A DNA stretch of 64,000 nt from Bryobacterales bacterium. GTDB taxonomy: Bacteria; Acidobacteriota; Terriglobia; Bryobacterales; UBA6623. Location: assembly GCA_963422375.2 (NCBI GenBank), contig OY729428.2, forward strand, positions 2,016,001-2,080,000, in the 5' to 3' direction. Shown piece by piece: positions 38,143 through 47,958 of the stretch (position 1 is the first letter of the stretch; every line of letters begins with the position of its first letter). A program made the translations under genes and the position numbers. The notes beneath the pieces were generated by a model. It was not told where the DNA came from and did no database searches. It worked only from the letters and a program-made list of their open reading frames with translations.

Positions 38143-40706
38143 CCCCGGTCGTCGGATGGCGGCCGCGAGCCCCGCCCGAAGCGCCTGCCGCGGCTTGGCC
38201 GATCGCGAGGAGGCCGGTCGCCTCCGGGCCGGGGGCGCCTGCCGCGGTCGCCTCCGGGCCCGCCGCCGCGGAAGTGGCTCGGCGAGCGGTCGCGCCCGCG
38301 CTGGTCGCCGCGCCGCTCCTGCAGCACCGCCCGCCGGCTGAGCTTGATCCGATTGCCGTCCAAGGCGAGGCACTTGACCATGATCTGGTCGCCCTGGTTG
38401 AGCTCATCGCTCACTTCGTCCACGTGGTGGTCGGCAATCTCACTGATGTGCAGCAGGCCCTCCGTACCCGGCAGGATCTCGACGAACGCCCCGAAGGCCT
38501 CGATCTTGGTGACCGTCCCGAGGTACTCATTGCCGACCTCGGGACTGCTGCCGCGGTCGGCTCCGGGCCCGCCGCCGCGGAAGTGGCTCGGCGAGCGGTC
38601 GCGCCCGCGCTGGCCGCCGCGCCCCTCCTGCGGCACCGCCCGCCGGCTGAGCTTGATCCGATTGCCGTCCAAGGCGAGGCACTTGACCATGATCTGGTCG
38701 CCCTGGTTGAGCTCGTCGCTCACTTGGTCCACGTGGTGGTCAGCAATCTCGCTGATGTGCAGCAGGCCCTCCGTACCCGGCAGGATCTCGACGAACGCCC
38801 CGAAGGCCGCGATCTTGGTGACCGTCCCGAGGTACTCCTTGCCGACCTCGGGACTGGCCGTGATCGCCTTGACTCGCTCGATCGCCTGGTTGCCGCGCAC
38901 GCGGTCCGTCGAGGCGATGCTGACCGTGCCGTCGTCGGCCACGTCGATCTTCGCTCCGGTCTCCTCCTGGAGCCCCTTGATGACCTTGCCGCCCGGCCCG
39001 ATCAGGTCCCGGATCTTGCCCTCCGGGATCTTGATCTGGGTGATCTGCGGAGCGTGCTCGGCCATCTCCTCGCGGGGAGCGCCGAGGGTGTCGGTCATCT
39101 TTTCCAGAATCTGGACCCGCGCCTGTCGCGCCTGCTCGAGAGCTGTCTCGAGCACCTCGAGGCTCACCTTGGGCTGCTTGATGTCCATCTGAAGGGCGGT
39201 GATGCCGTCCGAGGTGCCGGCCACCTTGAAGTCCATGTCCCCGTGATGGTCCTCGGCCCCCGCGATGTCGGTCAGGACGGCGAACTCGTCGCCCTCCGTG
39301 ACCAAGCCCATGGCGATGCCCGCGACTGCCCCTTTGATCGGCACGCCGGCGTCCATCAGCGCCAGCGAGCCGCCGCAAACTGTCGCCATCGAGCTGGATC
39401 CGTTCGACTCGAGGATGTCGCTCACGAGCCGGATCGTGTAGGGGAAGTCTTCCTGGCTCGGCATGACCGGCGTGAGCGCCCGCTCGGCCAGCAGGCCGTG
39501 CCCGATCTCGCGCCGGCCCGCGCCTCGCATGAATCCGGTCTCGCCGACGCTGAACGGCGGGAAGTTGTAGTGGACCATGAAGGTCTTCTCGTAGTCCGGG
39601 TCCTCGATGCGCTCCTGGCGCTGGCCGTCGGACTTGGTGCCGAGCGTCGTGCTGACGAGGGCCTGCGTCTCGCCGCGCGTGAACACCGCGGACCCGTGCG
39701 TCCTGGCCAGCTCGCCGACTTCGCACGTGATCGGACGGATCGCGTCTGGAGCGCGATGGTCCGGCCGCCGACCTTGGTCGAACACTTGCTTGCGGAAGAT
39801 CTTCTCCTGCCAGGGCTCCATGAAGGCGGAGGCCTGCGCCAGCTTGGCCGGGTCGTCCGCGTACGCCTGCTTGATCTCCTGCTTGATGGAGCGGAACAGG
39901 GCGTAGCTCTCGAGCTTCGGATGGACGCTCGTGTTGAGCGCCTCCTCGGCGCGCTCGCCCCACTTCGCCTCGACCTCGTCCCGGATCGCCTGGTCGATCT
40001 CGGGCGCGTCGAACTCGCGCTTCGGCTTGCCGGCCTTGGCGGCGAGGTCCTCGATGGCGTCGATTACCTGGACGCAGCCCTCGTGGCCGTGGCCGATGGC
40101 TTGGAGCATCGCGCTCTCTTCCGCCTCCCCGGCGTCGGCTTCCACCATCACGATGCCGTCCCGCGCGGCCGCGACCGTGGCGAGCACGTCAGCCCGCTGG
40201 GACTCGGCGTACGAGGGGTTCAGCACCCAGCGGCTCCCTTCCACGAGAGCCACGCGGACCGATCCCGTCGTGAGGACGACGGGAATGTCGGAGACCGCGA
40301 CGGCCGCGGACGCCCCGATCATGGCGTAGATGCTCGGGTCGTGCTCGGGGTCGGACGACAGGACGAACGCGATGACCTGCGTCTCGTTGCGGAAGCCGCG
40401 CGGGAAGAGCGGCCGCAGCGGGCGGTCGATCAGCCGGCAGGTGACCGTCTCCTTCTCGGAAGGGCGGCCCTCCCGCTTGATGTATCCTCCGGGGAACCGC
40501 CCCGCCGAATAGGTGTACTCCCGGTAGTCCACGGTCAGGGGGAAGAAGTCGATGCCCTCCCGGGGCTCCGCCGCTGACGTGGCTGTGACAAGTACCTGAG
40601 TGTCGCCGCAGCGCACTACGACGGCTCCTCCTGCCTGCCTTGCTAGGCGGCCGGTCTCGAGTGATACGGTCTTGCCGTCCAGCTCGAATTCTGTAACGTG
40701 CTTCAT
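38139..40706 (-). CDS. pnp: Polyribonucleotide nucleotidyltransferase with a duplicated S1 domain (855 aa)
   Basis: FFPLTVDY, RLIDRPLRPLF, RREIGHG, SNGSSS, GDMDFKVAG, KH motif IGPGGK, two S1 domains. Confidence 0.97.
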   Translation of the reverse strand: MKHVTEFELDGKTVSLETGRLARQAGGAVVVRCGDTQVLVTATSAAEPREGIDFFPLTVDYREYTYSAGRFPGGYIKREGRPSEKETVTCRLIDRPLRPLFPRGFRNETQVIAFVLSSDPEHDPSIYAMIGASAAVAVSDIPVVLTTGSVRVALVEGSRWVLNPSYAESQRADVLATVAAARDGIVMVEADAGEAEESAMLQAIGHGHEGCVQVIDAIEDLAAKAGKPKREFDAPEIDQAIRDEVEAKWGERAEEALNTSVHPKLESYALFRSIKQEIKQAYADDPAKLAQASAFMEPWQEKIFRKQVFDQGRRPDHRAPDAIRPITCEVGELARTHGSAVFTRGETQALVSTTLGTKSDGQRQERIEDPDYEKTFMVHYNFPPFSVGETGFMRGAGRREIGHGLLAERALTPVMPSQEDFPYTIRLVSDILESNGSSSMATVCGGSLALMDAGVPIKGAVAGIAMGLVTEGDEFAVLTDIAGAEDHHGDMDFKVAGTSDGITALQMDIKQPKVSLEVLETALEQARQARVQILEKMTDTLGAPREEMAEHAPQITQIKIPEGKIRDLIGPGGKVIKGLQEETGAKIDVADDGTVSIASTDRVRGNQAIERVKAITASPEVGKEYLGTVTKIAAFGAFVEILPGTEGLLHISEIADHHVDQVSDELNQGDQIMVKCLALDGNRIKLSRRAVPQEGRGGQRGRDRSPSHFRGGGPGADRGSSPEVGNEYLGTVTKIEAFGAFVEILPGTEGLLHISEIADHHVDEVSDELNQGDQIMVKCLALDGNRIKLSRRAVLQERRGDQRGRDRSPSHFRGGGPGGDRGRRPRPGGDRPPRDRPSRGRRFGRGSRPPSDDRG
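38239..38856. repeat. 309-bp tandem duplication (38239-38547 and 38548-38856) inside pnp
   Basis: Manual alignment shows about 10 mismatches and no indels; the unit encodes 103 aa (S1 plus RG-rich linker). Confidence 0.95.
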
Positions 40707-40726
40707 GTGTGCGTAAGTCCTTCTGC

Positions 40727-40752
40727 GCCTCCCGCCTCGAGGGGCGGGAGGC
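40727..40752 (-). promoter_or_regulatory. Stable hairpin in the pnp leader just 5' of the RBS
   Basis: gcctcccgcc-tcgagg-ggcgggaggc, perfect 10-bp stem, about 20 nt before the ATG. Confidence 0.5.
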
Positions 40753-40935
40753 CAATCCGCGGCCATGCGGATGATCGGCTAAGGGAGACGTGCGGGCACT
40801 GTCAGCCAGTCCCGCGAATTGCAGGCGCGAGCCTGCCGGCGCATCGGCGGCCGACGGGCCCGGGCAGCGCAGCTGGTCGTTCCCGCCGGACAGCGCCGGG
40901 TCGGTGCGGTTCGAGAGTTCTCGGATCGTGACGCA

Positions 40936-41205
40936 TCAGCCGCGGAGCCCCAGGGACTCGACAACTCTCACGTACTCTCCGGGATTCTTCTTGCTCAGGT
41001 AGCGGAGCAGGCGTCGGCGCCTGCTCACCATCTTCAGCAGGCCCCTGCGGGACCCGAAGTCCTTCCTATGCACCTTCAGGTGCTCGGTCAGATCGGCGAT
41101 CTGATGCGTCAAAGTCGCTATCTGAACCTGCGAGGAGCCGACATCCCGGGGATGGGCTCCGTAGGTCTTCACCAATTCTTGCTTCGCCTGATTTGCGAGT
41201 GGCAT
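40936..41205 (-). CDS. rpsO: 30S ribosomal protein S15
   Basis: [13 protein letters not shown]...[29 protein letters not shown]; aaggag RBS; canonical rpsO-pnp order. Confidence 0.97.
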   Translation of the reverse strand: MPLANQAKQELVKTYGAHPRDVGSSQVQIATLTHQIADLTEHLKVHRKDFGSRRGLLKMVSRRRRLLRYLSKKNPGEYVRVVESLGLRG

Positions 41206-41368
41206 GCTCGACTCAGGTCTCCTTCCCTTTCCAAATTCGCTTGGCCGTGATTTATAGTAGCACATCGCTTGCGCCCGGCGCGAGCCGGTGCCCGAGCCGG
41301 GTGGCGCTCGATTCCCCGGTGGTTGTCTCACCGCCGGATCCCGCGGAACCGAGACCCTATGATTGGAC

Positions 41369-42439
41369 ATGATTGGACGCGTGCCTGCGGTCGACTCGGA
41401 GACGGTCTCCGCCGCGGCAGGCGGGGCCGGCCCCGCGGGGAGGCGCGATCTGCCCGCGGGCCTCGCCGTGCTGGCGCTGGCGGTCGCGGCGGTCCTACCG
41501 CCCCCCGCGGCAGGCCAAGGCGACTGGCCGCCGCGGGGCCAGGCCCTAGCAGCGTTCAGCGAGGCGCGCTGGCCTCCCGGGCAGCAGTACCTCGGGAGCC
41601 AGATCTGCCAGGGGTGCCACGAGAAGGTGTGGGAGCGATTCCCGGCCAACCCGCACTTCAAGCCGGCGGCTCGGCCGACTCGGCCCGCTGACAGCACGGG
41701 CTGCGAGGGATGCCACGGCCCGGCCGGTCTCCACGTCGTCGATCCCTCGAACGCGATGATCCTCCGGTTCCCGGAGATCGGCCCGCGCCAGGAGCAGGAG
41801 GCATGCCTGCGCTGCCACGCCGGGGATTTCGGCAAGATGCACGTGCGCCGCTCCGCGCACCTGACCGGCGAGGTTGGATGCGGCGGTTGCCACTCGATCC
41901 ACCGCCCGCACGACAACCGGACCCTGCTGGCCGACGACCAGCGCTCCCTCTGCTACGGCTGCCACCGCGAGATCGAGGCCCGCTTCGCCATGCCGTTCAA
42001 GCACCGCGTCAACGAGGGCGCGATGGACTGCACCGACTGCCACAACCCGCACGGGGCCGCGCTGGCGACCTGGCGCACCGCGCACGCGCCGCGCATGGTC
42101 TCCCGGGCCATGGGGAACGCCCCGCCCTGCGTGCGATGCCACGCGGACCTGCGCGGGCCGTTCGTCCACGAGCACCCGCCCGTGCGGGTGGAGGGCTGCC
42201 AGGCGTGCCACGACCCGCACGGCAGCCCCAACCCGCGCCTGCTCAGCCGGCCGGCGGCCTTCGCGCTCTGCATGGAATGCCACAGCGACGTGGCCGGCGC
42301 GGGATTCGGCCTGGGCGACAGCGGGATTCGCGGGCCGAGCCCGTGGCTGCACAACCTAGCGGATCCCTCCTTCCGGGAGTGCGTGACCTGCCACTCCCGG
42401 ATTCACGGCTCGAACGCCGACCCACTGTTCCGCCGATGA
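41369..42439 (+). CDS. Decaheme c-type cytochrome, DmsE/MtrA/PioA family
   Basis: Ten CxxCH motifs (CQGCH, CEGCH, CLRCH, CGGCH, CYGCH, CTDCH, CVRCH, CQACH, CMECH, CVTCH), [15 protein letters not shown]; hydrophobic leader. Start approximate. Confidence 0.92.
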   Translation: MIGRVPAVDSETVSAAAGGAGPAGRRDLPAGLAVLALAVAAVLPPPAAGQGDWPPRGQALAAFSEARWPPGQQYLGSQICQGCHEKVWERFPANPHFKPAARPTRPADSTGCEGCHGPAGLHVVDPSNAMILRFPEIGPRQEQEACLRCHAGDFGKMHVRRSAHLTGEVGCGGCHSIHRPHDNRTLLADDQRSLCYGCHREIEARFAMPFKHRVNEGAMDCTDCHNPHGAALATWRTAHAPRMVSRAMGNAPPCVRCHADLRGPFVHEHPPVRVEGCQACHDPHGSPNPRLLSRPAAFALCMECHSDVAGAGFGLGDSGIRGPSPWLHNLADPSFRECVTCHSRIHGSNADPLFRR

Positions 42440-44430
42440 GACTCTGCATGGCCGCGCTGCTGGCCTGCGTTCCGGCCATCGCGCAGCGCCCTGTCGACCA
42501 GACGCTGCGGCCTGGCGGCGGGACGCGGCCCGCGGGCGGCTACTCCCTAGCGAGCTCGTTCGATCTCGGATACCGGTTCGCCGAGGTGGGCGGGCAGCGC
42601 GACCTGTACCGCGCCAGCGTGAACTACGGAGACGGGCTGCGACTGTTTCGGGGGAACCTGCGCGTCGCCGCGGCGGACGGGAAGGGACGCGGCCTCGACG
42701 AGTTCTCCCTGCGGTCGACGGGCGGCGCGGGCGACCCCTACCAGTCCCACGCGGTCCGAGTCGAGAAGAACGGCCTGTACCGCTACGACCTGCGCTACAG
42801 GCTGACGCGCTACTACAATCGCCTGCCGTCCCTGTGGCGCGGCGAGCACGGCCTGTTCACCGAGCGCGCCGCGCAGGCGCACGACTTCACCCTCCGGCCG
42901 GGATCGAGCTTCGAGATTCTGCTCGGATACGATCGCAACTCACGGCGCGGGCCGGGCTTCTCGTCTGCGGGCGCCGCGGACGGCTTCGGCATGCTCGACG
43001 AGCGGAACTTTCTCCGTTTCCGGACGAATCTGCGGCAGGCGAACCGCCAGTATCGCGCCGGATTCACGGCGCGGTTCGCGGGGCTGGCCCTTACCGCGAC
43101 GCGCGCCGTCGACCTATACAAGGAGGGAGGCGAGCAGGACGACGCTTCGGGCCTGCCGTCGAGCGCATCCAACGTCCAGCCGCTCGCCGCGCTGAGCCGG
43201 GCCGAGCCCTATCACGGCCGGACCCCGGTCACCGCCGTGGCGCTGCGAACGCAGCGGGACCGGGCGGTGGGATTCAGATCCCAATTCGTGTATTCCGGCG
43301 GGTCGCGGGACTCAGTTCTCCACGAACGTGTCGAAGCACTCGATCCGGCGGCTTCCGGCGCGGCCCTGCGCGAGTCGCTCGTCATCGGTGCCGCGCAGCG
43401 CAGGCAAAGCTCCGGTGACGCGACGGCGGTGCTGGCCCCCGGCGGGCGCTGGACGATCACTAATACCAGCGGCTTCCACAACACGCGCATCGACGGCGAC
43501 GCGGCAATCGCGGAAATCGGGCCCTACCGCGAAGAGTTCCTGCGATTCAGCCGCTTGGGAATCCGGCGCATCTCCAACGCTACCGAAGCTACGGTCCAAG
43601 TCGCCAGGCAACTCTCCGTCTACGGCGCTTTGCGCCTCTCCTCGCGCAGGCTGCGCTCGGCACGCAGCCTGCAGTACCCGGACTTCGGCTTCTCGGACGA
43701 GCCGGAAGCGGCGGACAACAGCGTCCGGTCCGGCGTCGGCGGGCTTCGCTGGCTGCCTGGACGCAACGTCCGTGCGTCCTTCGACTTCGAGTCCGGCAGG
43801 GCGGACCGCCCCTTGGCGCCGACCAGCGAGCGCCGCTTCCACAACCAGTCCGCCCGCATTCGCTGGCGCGGCGCGCAGTGGACGCTGAGCGGCTACGCCA
43901 GGAATCGCGTCAACGACAATCCGACCGAGCTGGTCGCCTACAGCACGAAGAGCCGCGACGGCGGAATCTACGCCACTTGGCTGCATCCGCGTTCCGGCAC
44001 GGTGGTGAACGCCGGATGCAGCCGCCTCGAAATGGAGACGTCGGCCGGAATCCTGAACCTGTTCGATTCAGGACGAGGCCCCTCTCGACTGCGGAGCGCC
44101 TACTCGAGCGACATTCGCAGCCTGAGCGTTGCGGTCCTAGCGCGCCTCAGAAAGCGCGCTTCGATCCACGCCGGCTACAGCTTGACGCAGGATGTCGGTC
44201 GGGACGGCTTCGCGGCCCGCGCAGCGGAGGCGTTCGCACTCGAGGGCGGGCTCCTGGTCTCGAGCCTTCCGATGGCCTACCACTCGCCGCAGGCGCGCCT
44301 GTCCGTCAAGATTTCCGACAGTCTAGCTTGGAATGCCGGCTGGCAGTTCTACTCCTATGTCGAGAGCGTCGCCGGGAGACGCGGATTCCGCTCGCATATC
44401 GGGCTAACGAGCCTCACAATCGGATTCTGA
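42436..44430 (+). CDS. Outer-membrane beta-barrel (MtrB/PioB-like porin), 664 aa
   Basis: ATGA overlap with the cytochrome stop, signal peptide, amphipathic beta strands, terminal Phe (LTIGF). Confidence 0.75.
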   Translation: MRLCMAALLACVPAIAQRPVDQTLRPGGGTRPAGGYSLASSFDLGYRFAEVGGQRDLYRASVNYGDGLRLFRGNLRVAAADGKGRGLDEFSLRSTGGAGDPYQSHAVRVEKNGLYRYDLRYRLTRYYNRLPSLWRGEHGLFTERAAQAHDFTLRPGSSFEILLGYDRNSRRGPGFSSAGAADGFGMLDERNFLRFRTNLRQANRQYRAGFTARFAGLALTATRAVDLYKEGGEQDDASGLPSSASNVQPLAALSRAEPYHGRTPVTAVALRTQRDRAVGFRSQFVYSGGSRDSVLHERVEALDPAASGAALRESLVIGAAQRRQSSGDATAVLAPGGRWTITNTSGFHNTRIDGDAAIAEIGPYREEFLRFSRLGIRRISNATEATVQVARQLSVYGALRLSSRRLRSARSLQYPDFGFSDEPEAADNSVRSGVGGLRWLPGRNVRASFDFESGRADRPLAPTSERRFHNQSARIRWRGAQWTLSGYARNRVNDNPTELVAYSTKSRDGGIYATWLHPRSGTVVNAGCSRLEMETSAGILNLFDSGRGPSRLRSAYSSDIRSLSVAVLARLRKRASIHAGYSLTQDVGRDGFAARAAEAFALEGGLLVSSLPMAYHSPQARLSVKISDSLAWNAGWQFYSYVESVAGRRGFRSHIGLTSLTIGF

Positions 44431-44620
44431 TTGGTGCCCGTGGGGGCGCCGGTCCAGCGTATCCGATGTGGAATCGCCACGACCGGTGGCGGTCACGGCG
44501 GAACGTCGCGCCCCGCCTACACCCCGCCGCTACCGGGACCGTCCGCGTCGGGGTGCTGCCGCTGCCACCAACCGCCTGAATCGCCGAGCCGCGGCTCGGC
44601 GCCGCTGTTCGCCTGCGATC

Positions 44621-45316
44621 TCAGCTGGACTCCTGGCCGAACCCGAGCTCCCGGCGGAGCTTGCTGAGGGTGAGCGTCTGCAAGGTCACCTTGCCCGGAC
44701 CCGTCAGCGTCGCGAGGAACAGCCCTTCGCCGCCGAACAGGGACGTGGCGATCCCTCCGGCCAGCCCGATGCTGTAATCGACAGTCTCGTCGAAGCAGAC
44801 CAGGCACCCTGTGTCGACTTGAAGCTGCTCGCCGGAGGCGAGATTGAATTCCACGAAATCCCCGCCCGCGTGAATGAAGGCCGTGCCCGGCCCCGTCAGC
44901 CGCTGCAGGATGAAGCCCTCGCCGCCGAACAGGCCCGCCCCGATCCGCTTGGTGAGCGCGACGCCAAGCTGCACGGTGGCCTCGGCGGCTACGAAGCCGT
45001 CCCGCTGGACCAGCACGGACTCCCCGGCCCTGAGATCCAGCGCGCGGAGCCGTCCCGGGAAGTCCCCTGCGAAGCCGACCTCCCCGTCGCCGGAAGGGCT
45101 CGAGAAATGCGTCACGAAAAGCGACTCCCCGGTGAGCGTGCGCTTGAGCCCGCCTAGGAGCTTCCCGCCGATGCCCTTGCCGTGCATCGACGTGCGCCAT
45201 TCCACATGCTGCTGCTTGTAGACCATCTTGCCGGCCTCGGCGATGACCTCGTCGCCCGGCCTGAGGCGCACTCTCACAACTTCAAGGTTGTTCCCTTCGA
45301 TGGCATAGTTGATCAT
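44621..45316 (-). CDS. AIM24/TIGR00266-family protein
   Basis: AEAGKMVY, TGESLF, GLFGGEGFILQ, VDTGCLV, GPGKVTLQ. Confidence 0.92.
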   Translation of the reverse strand: MINYAIEGNNLEVVRVRLRPGDEVIAEAGKMVYKQQHVEWRTSMHGKGIGGKLLGGLKRTLTGESLFVTHFSSPSGDGEVGFAGDFPGRLRALDLRAGESVLVQRDGFVAAEATVQLGVALTKRIGAGLFGGEGFILQRLTGPGTAFIHAGGDFVEFNLASGEQLQVDTGCLVCFDETVDYSIGLAGGIATSLFGGEGLFLATLTGPGKVTLQTLTLSKLRRELGFGQESS

Positions 45317-45417
45317 GGGATGCACTTCGTTCGTCCATTGTACGGTCCGCCGCTCCCGGCCCCGCAGCCGGGGCCTCGGTCGCGCAACCCGGCGGGGACG
45401 GGCGATAGAATGAGCCA

Positions 45418-46515
45418 ATGCGCACGGCGGGACGGATCCTTGCTCCCCTCTGCGTAGCCGTCGCGCTGGCAGCGCAGACCGGGCTGAGCTACAGCCAGCT
45501 CCGGCAGTTCGTCAAGTCGTCGGTCGAGCAGAGGCTCAAGGACAAGGAGGTAGCTACCTACCTGAAGAAGCAGGTCGTCCGATTCGCGGTCACCGACGGG
45601 CTCGTCGAGGAATTCGTCGGATGGGGCATCGGCCCCCGGACGCTCAAGGCGCTCGAGGACTTGCAGCGGTTCACTGCGGGCATGCCGGAGCCGGGCCCCG
45701 AGCCGGCCGCCGAGGCCCAGGCCAGGCCGAGGCAGCCCCCGCCTCCCAGCGCCGCCGAGCAGCAGCAGATCATCGAGGCGGCCCGGCGTCAGGCCGAGGC
45801 CTACGCTGCGGAACTCCCGAACTATGTCTGCCTGCAGGTCACCCGCCGGTTCTTCGACCCGACCGGCCTTTCAATGGACTGGCTCAAGCACGACGAGATC
45901 AAGACCCGTCTCAGCTACGTGTCGGGGCGGGAGATCTACGAGACGCTCAGCGTCAATGAAGTGGCCACGACCAAGGGGTTTTCCGACTTGGGCGGGACGA
46001 CCAGCACCGGGGAGTTCGGCACAGTGCTCGCCAGCCTCTTCGACCGCAAGACGGACGCGAGGTTCCGCTGGGCGCGTCACTCCCTGCTTCGCGGCAAGCC
46101 CGTGTACGTATTCCACACCGAGGTGCTTCAGGCGCGCTCCAGCTGGACCCTCTCCTCGACGGGCCCCCCTGGCGACGGCAAGGGCACGCGCCAGGTTCGG
46201 GCCGGCTACACGGGCCTCGTGTACATCGGTGCGGAGTCCGGGCAGGTTCTCCGCATCGTGATGGAAGCGGAGGGCGTGCCCAGCAGCTTTCCCCTGCAGG
46301 AGGCCCGGTCGCGGCTCGACTTCGACTTCATAGATCTCAGCGGCCAGACGTTCCTGCTGCCGCTCAAGGCGGAGGCCTTCGTGCGCAGCGGCCGCCTGCT
46401 CACGCGCAACGACATGGAATTCCGTCTCTACCGCAAGTTCACGGCGGAGGCGACCATCACCTTCGACGAGATCGAGGATCTCGAGCCGTTGCCCGACGAG
46501 GAGCCGATCGAGTGA
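45418..46515 (+). CDS. Conserved acidobacterial exported protein of unknown function
   Basis: Signal peptide; LPNYVCLQVTRR, STGEFG and YRKF motifs. Confidence 0.75.
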   Translation: MRTAGRILAPLCVAVALAAQTGLSYSQLRQFVKSSVEQRLKDKEVATYLKKQVVRFAVTDGLVEEFVGWGIGPRTLKALEDLQRFTAGMPEPGPEPAAEAQARPRQPPPPSAAEQQQIIEAARRQAEAYAAELPNYVCLQVTRRFFDPTGLSMDWLKHDEIKTRLSYVSGREIYETLSVNEVATTKGFSDLGGTTSTGEFGTVLASLFDRKTDARFRWARHSLLRGKPVYVFHTEVLQARSSWTLSSTGPPGDGKGTRQVRAGYTGLVYIGAESGQVLRIVMEAEGVPSSFPLQEARSRLDFDFIDLSGQTFLLPLKAEAFVRSGRLLTRNDMEFRLYRKFTAEATITFDEIEDLEPLPDEEPIE

Positions 46516-46562
46516 CGCGATCCGGCCGGCCCTCTGCCGGGCGCTTATACTCGGCTGCGACC

Positions 46563-47906
46563 ATGAAGATCCCGCTGCTGCTGGCCGCCGCCTTCGCGTC
46601 TTCGGCAATCGCCCAGGAGCCCGGGCGGCAGCTTAACGTCGTCCTGGTCATGGCGGACGACGTGGGCTACGAGTGCTTCGGGGCCTACGGCAGCGACCAG
46701 TACCCTACACCGCGCATCGACAGGCTCGCGGACGGGGGTGTCCGGTTCACGAACTGCTATGCCACCCCCCTCTGCACTCCGAGCCGCGTGGCCTTGATGA
46801 CCGGCAAGAGCAACGTCCGCAACTACGCGGACTTCGGGGCGCTTCCGCCGGACCAGTACACGATCGCCGACCTTTTCCGCGAGGCCGGCTACGCGACCGC
46901 GGTGGCCGGCAAGTGGCAGTTGCAGGGCGGGACTAATGCGCGAGGCATTCCCCCCGGGAACGGCTTCGACACCTACTGCCTCTGGAACACCGGAAATACC
47001 GAAGGGCGCCGCTTCTGGAATCCCTCGATCGAGTGCGACGGCAGGATTATCGACGTCGCCGAGGACGATTACGGCCCCGACATCTTCGCGGACTTCCTGC
47101 TGCGCTTCATCGAGACCAACCAGCGCAGGCCGTTCTTCGTCTACTACCCGATGGTCCTCGTCCACTCGCCCTTCGTGCCGACGCCTCGGTCCGCCGACCG
47201 AGAGTCGCAGGACGAGCAGCTGAACTTCGTCGACATGGTCGCCTACACCGACCACCTCGTGGGGCGGATCCACGACAGGCTGGGAGACCTCGGACTGCTG
47301 CGCAGCACGGTCTTCGTTTTCACCTCGGACAACGGCACGCACCACAGGCTCGCCTCCGATCTCGAGGGCCGGAGCATCCGGGGCGACAAGGGGGCGCCGA
47401 CGGACGCAGGCACGCACGTGCCGCTCGTGGTCAGCGCGCCCGGAAATATCCAAGGCGGCCGGGTCCTCGACGACCTCATCGATTTCGCGGACTTCCTGCC
47501 GACCCTAGCGGAGGCCGCGGGCATCCAGCTGCCCCCCGGGGAGGAGATCGACGGGCGGGGCTTCTGGGACAGGCTGCGCGGCGGCCCGGGGAATCCACGC
47601 GAGTGGCTCTACACCTACTACTTCCCGCGGCCGTACGCCGAGCAATTCACCACGCCATATGCGCACCCCGAGGTCCTGTACGTCCGCGACAAGCGCTACA
47701 AGCTCTACGGCAACGGCCAGCTGTTCGACTTGCAGGCGGATCCCGCCGAGTCCCGACCCCTGCCGACGGGTCACGCCGCCTCGCGGTCCGCCAGGGCGAG
47801 GCTCGGAGCCGCGCTGCGGTCCATGCCGGCCCGCGGGGCTCTGATTCCGCCCGAGCGCCGCGCCGCTTCCAAGGCCGCGCCGCGCCCCCGCTGGCCCCCG
47901 CGGTGA
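46563..47906 (+). CDS. Sulfatase (arylsulfatase A-like)
   Basis: NVVLVMADD, CTPSRVALMTG, GKWQL, TSDNGT. Confidence 0.92.
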   Translation: MKIPLLLAAAFASSAIAQEPGRQLNVVLVMADDVGYECFGAYGSDQYPTPRIDRLADGGVRFTNCYATPLCTPSRVALMTGKSNVRNYADFGALPPDQYTIADLFREAGYATAVAGKWQLQGGTNARGIPPGNGFDTYCLWNTGNTEGRRFWNPSIECDGRIIDVAEDDYGPDIFADFLLRFIETNQRRPFFVYYPMVLVHSPFVPTPRSADRESQDEQLNFVDMVAYTDHLVGRIHDRLGDLGLLRSTVFVFTSDNGTHHRLASDLEGRSIRGDKGAPTDAGTHVPLVVSAPGNIQGGRVLDDLIDFADFLPTLAEAAGIQLPPGEEIDGRGFWDRLRGGPGNPREWLYTYYFPRPYAEQFTTPYAHPEVLYVRDKRYKLYGNGQLFDLQADPAESRPLPTGHAASRSARARLGAALRSMPARGALIPPERRAASKAAPRPRWPPR

Positions 47907-47958
47907 TGGGGCCGCTTCGCAGCGCTTCCGTCCCCGGCCGGCGGGCTACGATAGGCGC

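Noticed and set aside
38239..38856. Repeat pair as a diversity-generating retroelement TR/VR
   Set aside because: Mismatches are not adenine-specific, both copies are in frame in one gene, and no reverse transcriptase is in the window.
37470..40577. 1035-aa plus-strand ORF
   Set aside because: Antisense shadow of pnp caused by GC-rich codon bias; no recognisable domain.
41710..42435. N-terminal 242 aa of the 906-aa ORF
   Set aside because: Out-of-frame overlap with the cytochrome gene; the barrel starts at the ATGA at 42436 with a signal peptide.
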